In this document: piece after piece, positions 63,412 to 64,000 of the stretch
Layout: the number at the start of each line of letters is the position of its first letter
How positions within the stretch are numbered: position 1 is the first letter of the stretch
NCBI GenBank assembly: GCA_013265495.1
Contig: MU058781.1
Location: forward strand, 2,024,158-2,088,157
From: Vicugna vicugna
Taxonomy: Eukaryota
Reading direction: 5' to 3'
DNA length: 64,000 nucleotides
Program-made: the position numbers and the translations under genes
The notes under the pieces: model-generated
What the model was told of the DNA's origin: nothing
The model's input: the letters and a program-made list of their open reading frames with translations, nothing else
The model's database searches: none

Positions 63412-64000
63412 GGCAGCATAACAGAGTAAGAGCCTGGGCTCTGGTGCCAGACAGCATGGATTCTGCAGTCTCCCACTCAGATCTCCCTTCAAAAGAGAGG
63501 GGCAGAGCCCTCGAGGGCAGCTTTGGATCCCCTGCAGCACTGGTGGCAGACCTCACTTCTCTTAGACTCCTCTTAGCCATGCCTGAGCAACCCGGGCTAT
63601 TAAACTCGGCCGTCATCTGGACGAGGGATTCCCCTGCTTTGACCCGGGGTCTCCCGCTCCATCAATCTGAGGCTTCCCCAGATCTGCACAGCAGGCTGAG
63701 GCTCCTCCTCCCTGTCCTTCCTTCTTTCTCTCCTGTCACAGATACCACGCCTCGGACCTCGGTCTGAAGCCTGTCCCCACCCGCTCCTCCTTCTTCATCC
63801 TTCATGGGTGCTTCCCCTAAGAAACCTCACCTGTGTCTAATGTCACCTTGGCATTTGTTCTCTAACAACCCACGTGGATACAGGCTCAAATCCTGGCTCT
63901 TTCATTTTATAACCTCAAGAGGTGACTTTGGGCAAATAGTTCATTTTTGTTTTTTGTCTCCGTTTCCTCACTTGCAAAAAATGGGAAAAAATAGCACCAA
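63412..64000 (+). mobile_element. MIR SINE split by an LTR at ~63452-63881
   Basis: MIR head 'aagagcctgggctctggtgccagac' resumes as 'ggctcaaatcctggctct...gggcaa...gtttcctcacttgcaaaaaatggg'. Confidence 0.7.
63452..63881 (+). mobile_element. ERVL-type solo LTR (LTR41/LTR16-like; subfamily uncertain)
   Basis: ~430-bp block splitting a MIR; ends 'tgtctaatgtcaccttggcatttgttctct...ggataca'. Confidence 0.6.

Noticed and set aside
1..64000. Short ORFs (60-166 aa) in the six-frame track as host genes
   Set aside because: No recognisable protein family apart from L1 remnants; many use non-ATG starts or lie in repeats or low-complexity sequence; lengths are consistent with chance.

Overview
Mammalian, repeat-rich, non-coding genomic DNA (intronic or intergenic). 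It is most likely camelid, judged from four tRNA-Ala-derived Vic-1-type SINEs and several camelid/artiodactyl-type L1 3' ends. I found no recognisable host protein-coding exon, functional RNA gene, CRISPR array or prokaryotic or viral system. The only ORFs with recognisable protein similarity are decayed L1 ORF2 fragments. The window is a layered transposon record: L2/MIR, MLT1 and ERVL solo LTRs, MER5/MER33 DNA transposons, old L1M elements, then lineage-specific L1s and SINEs with visible target-site duplications (TSDs). I did not find a convincing new biological system. The best-supported unusual structures are: (i) a 5'-inverted L1 nested inside an older L1, creating a ~165-bp inverted repeat; (ii) two tiny L1 insertions carrying extra non-L1 3' sequence (probable 3' transductions), one with a perfect 14-bp TSD; (iii) an ancient ~190-bp local duplication spanning an L2/LTR junction; (iv) weak hints of a minus-strand spliced non-coding transcript. 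Repeat family names were assigned by eye from remembered consensus motifs, and boundaries of old repeats are approximate.
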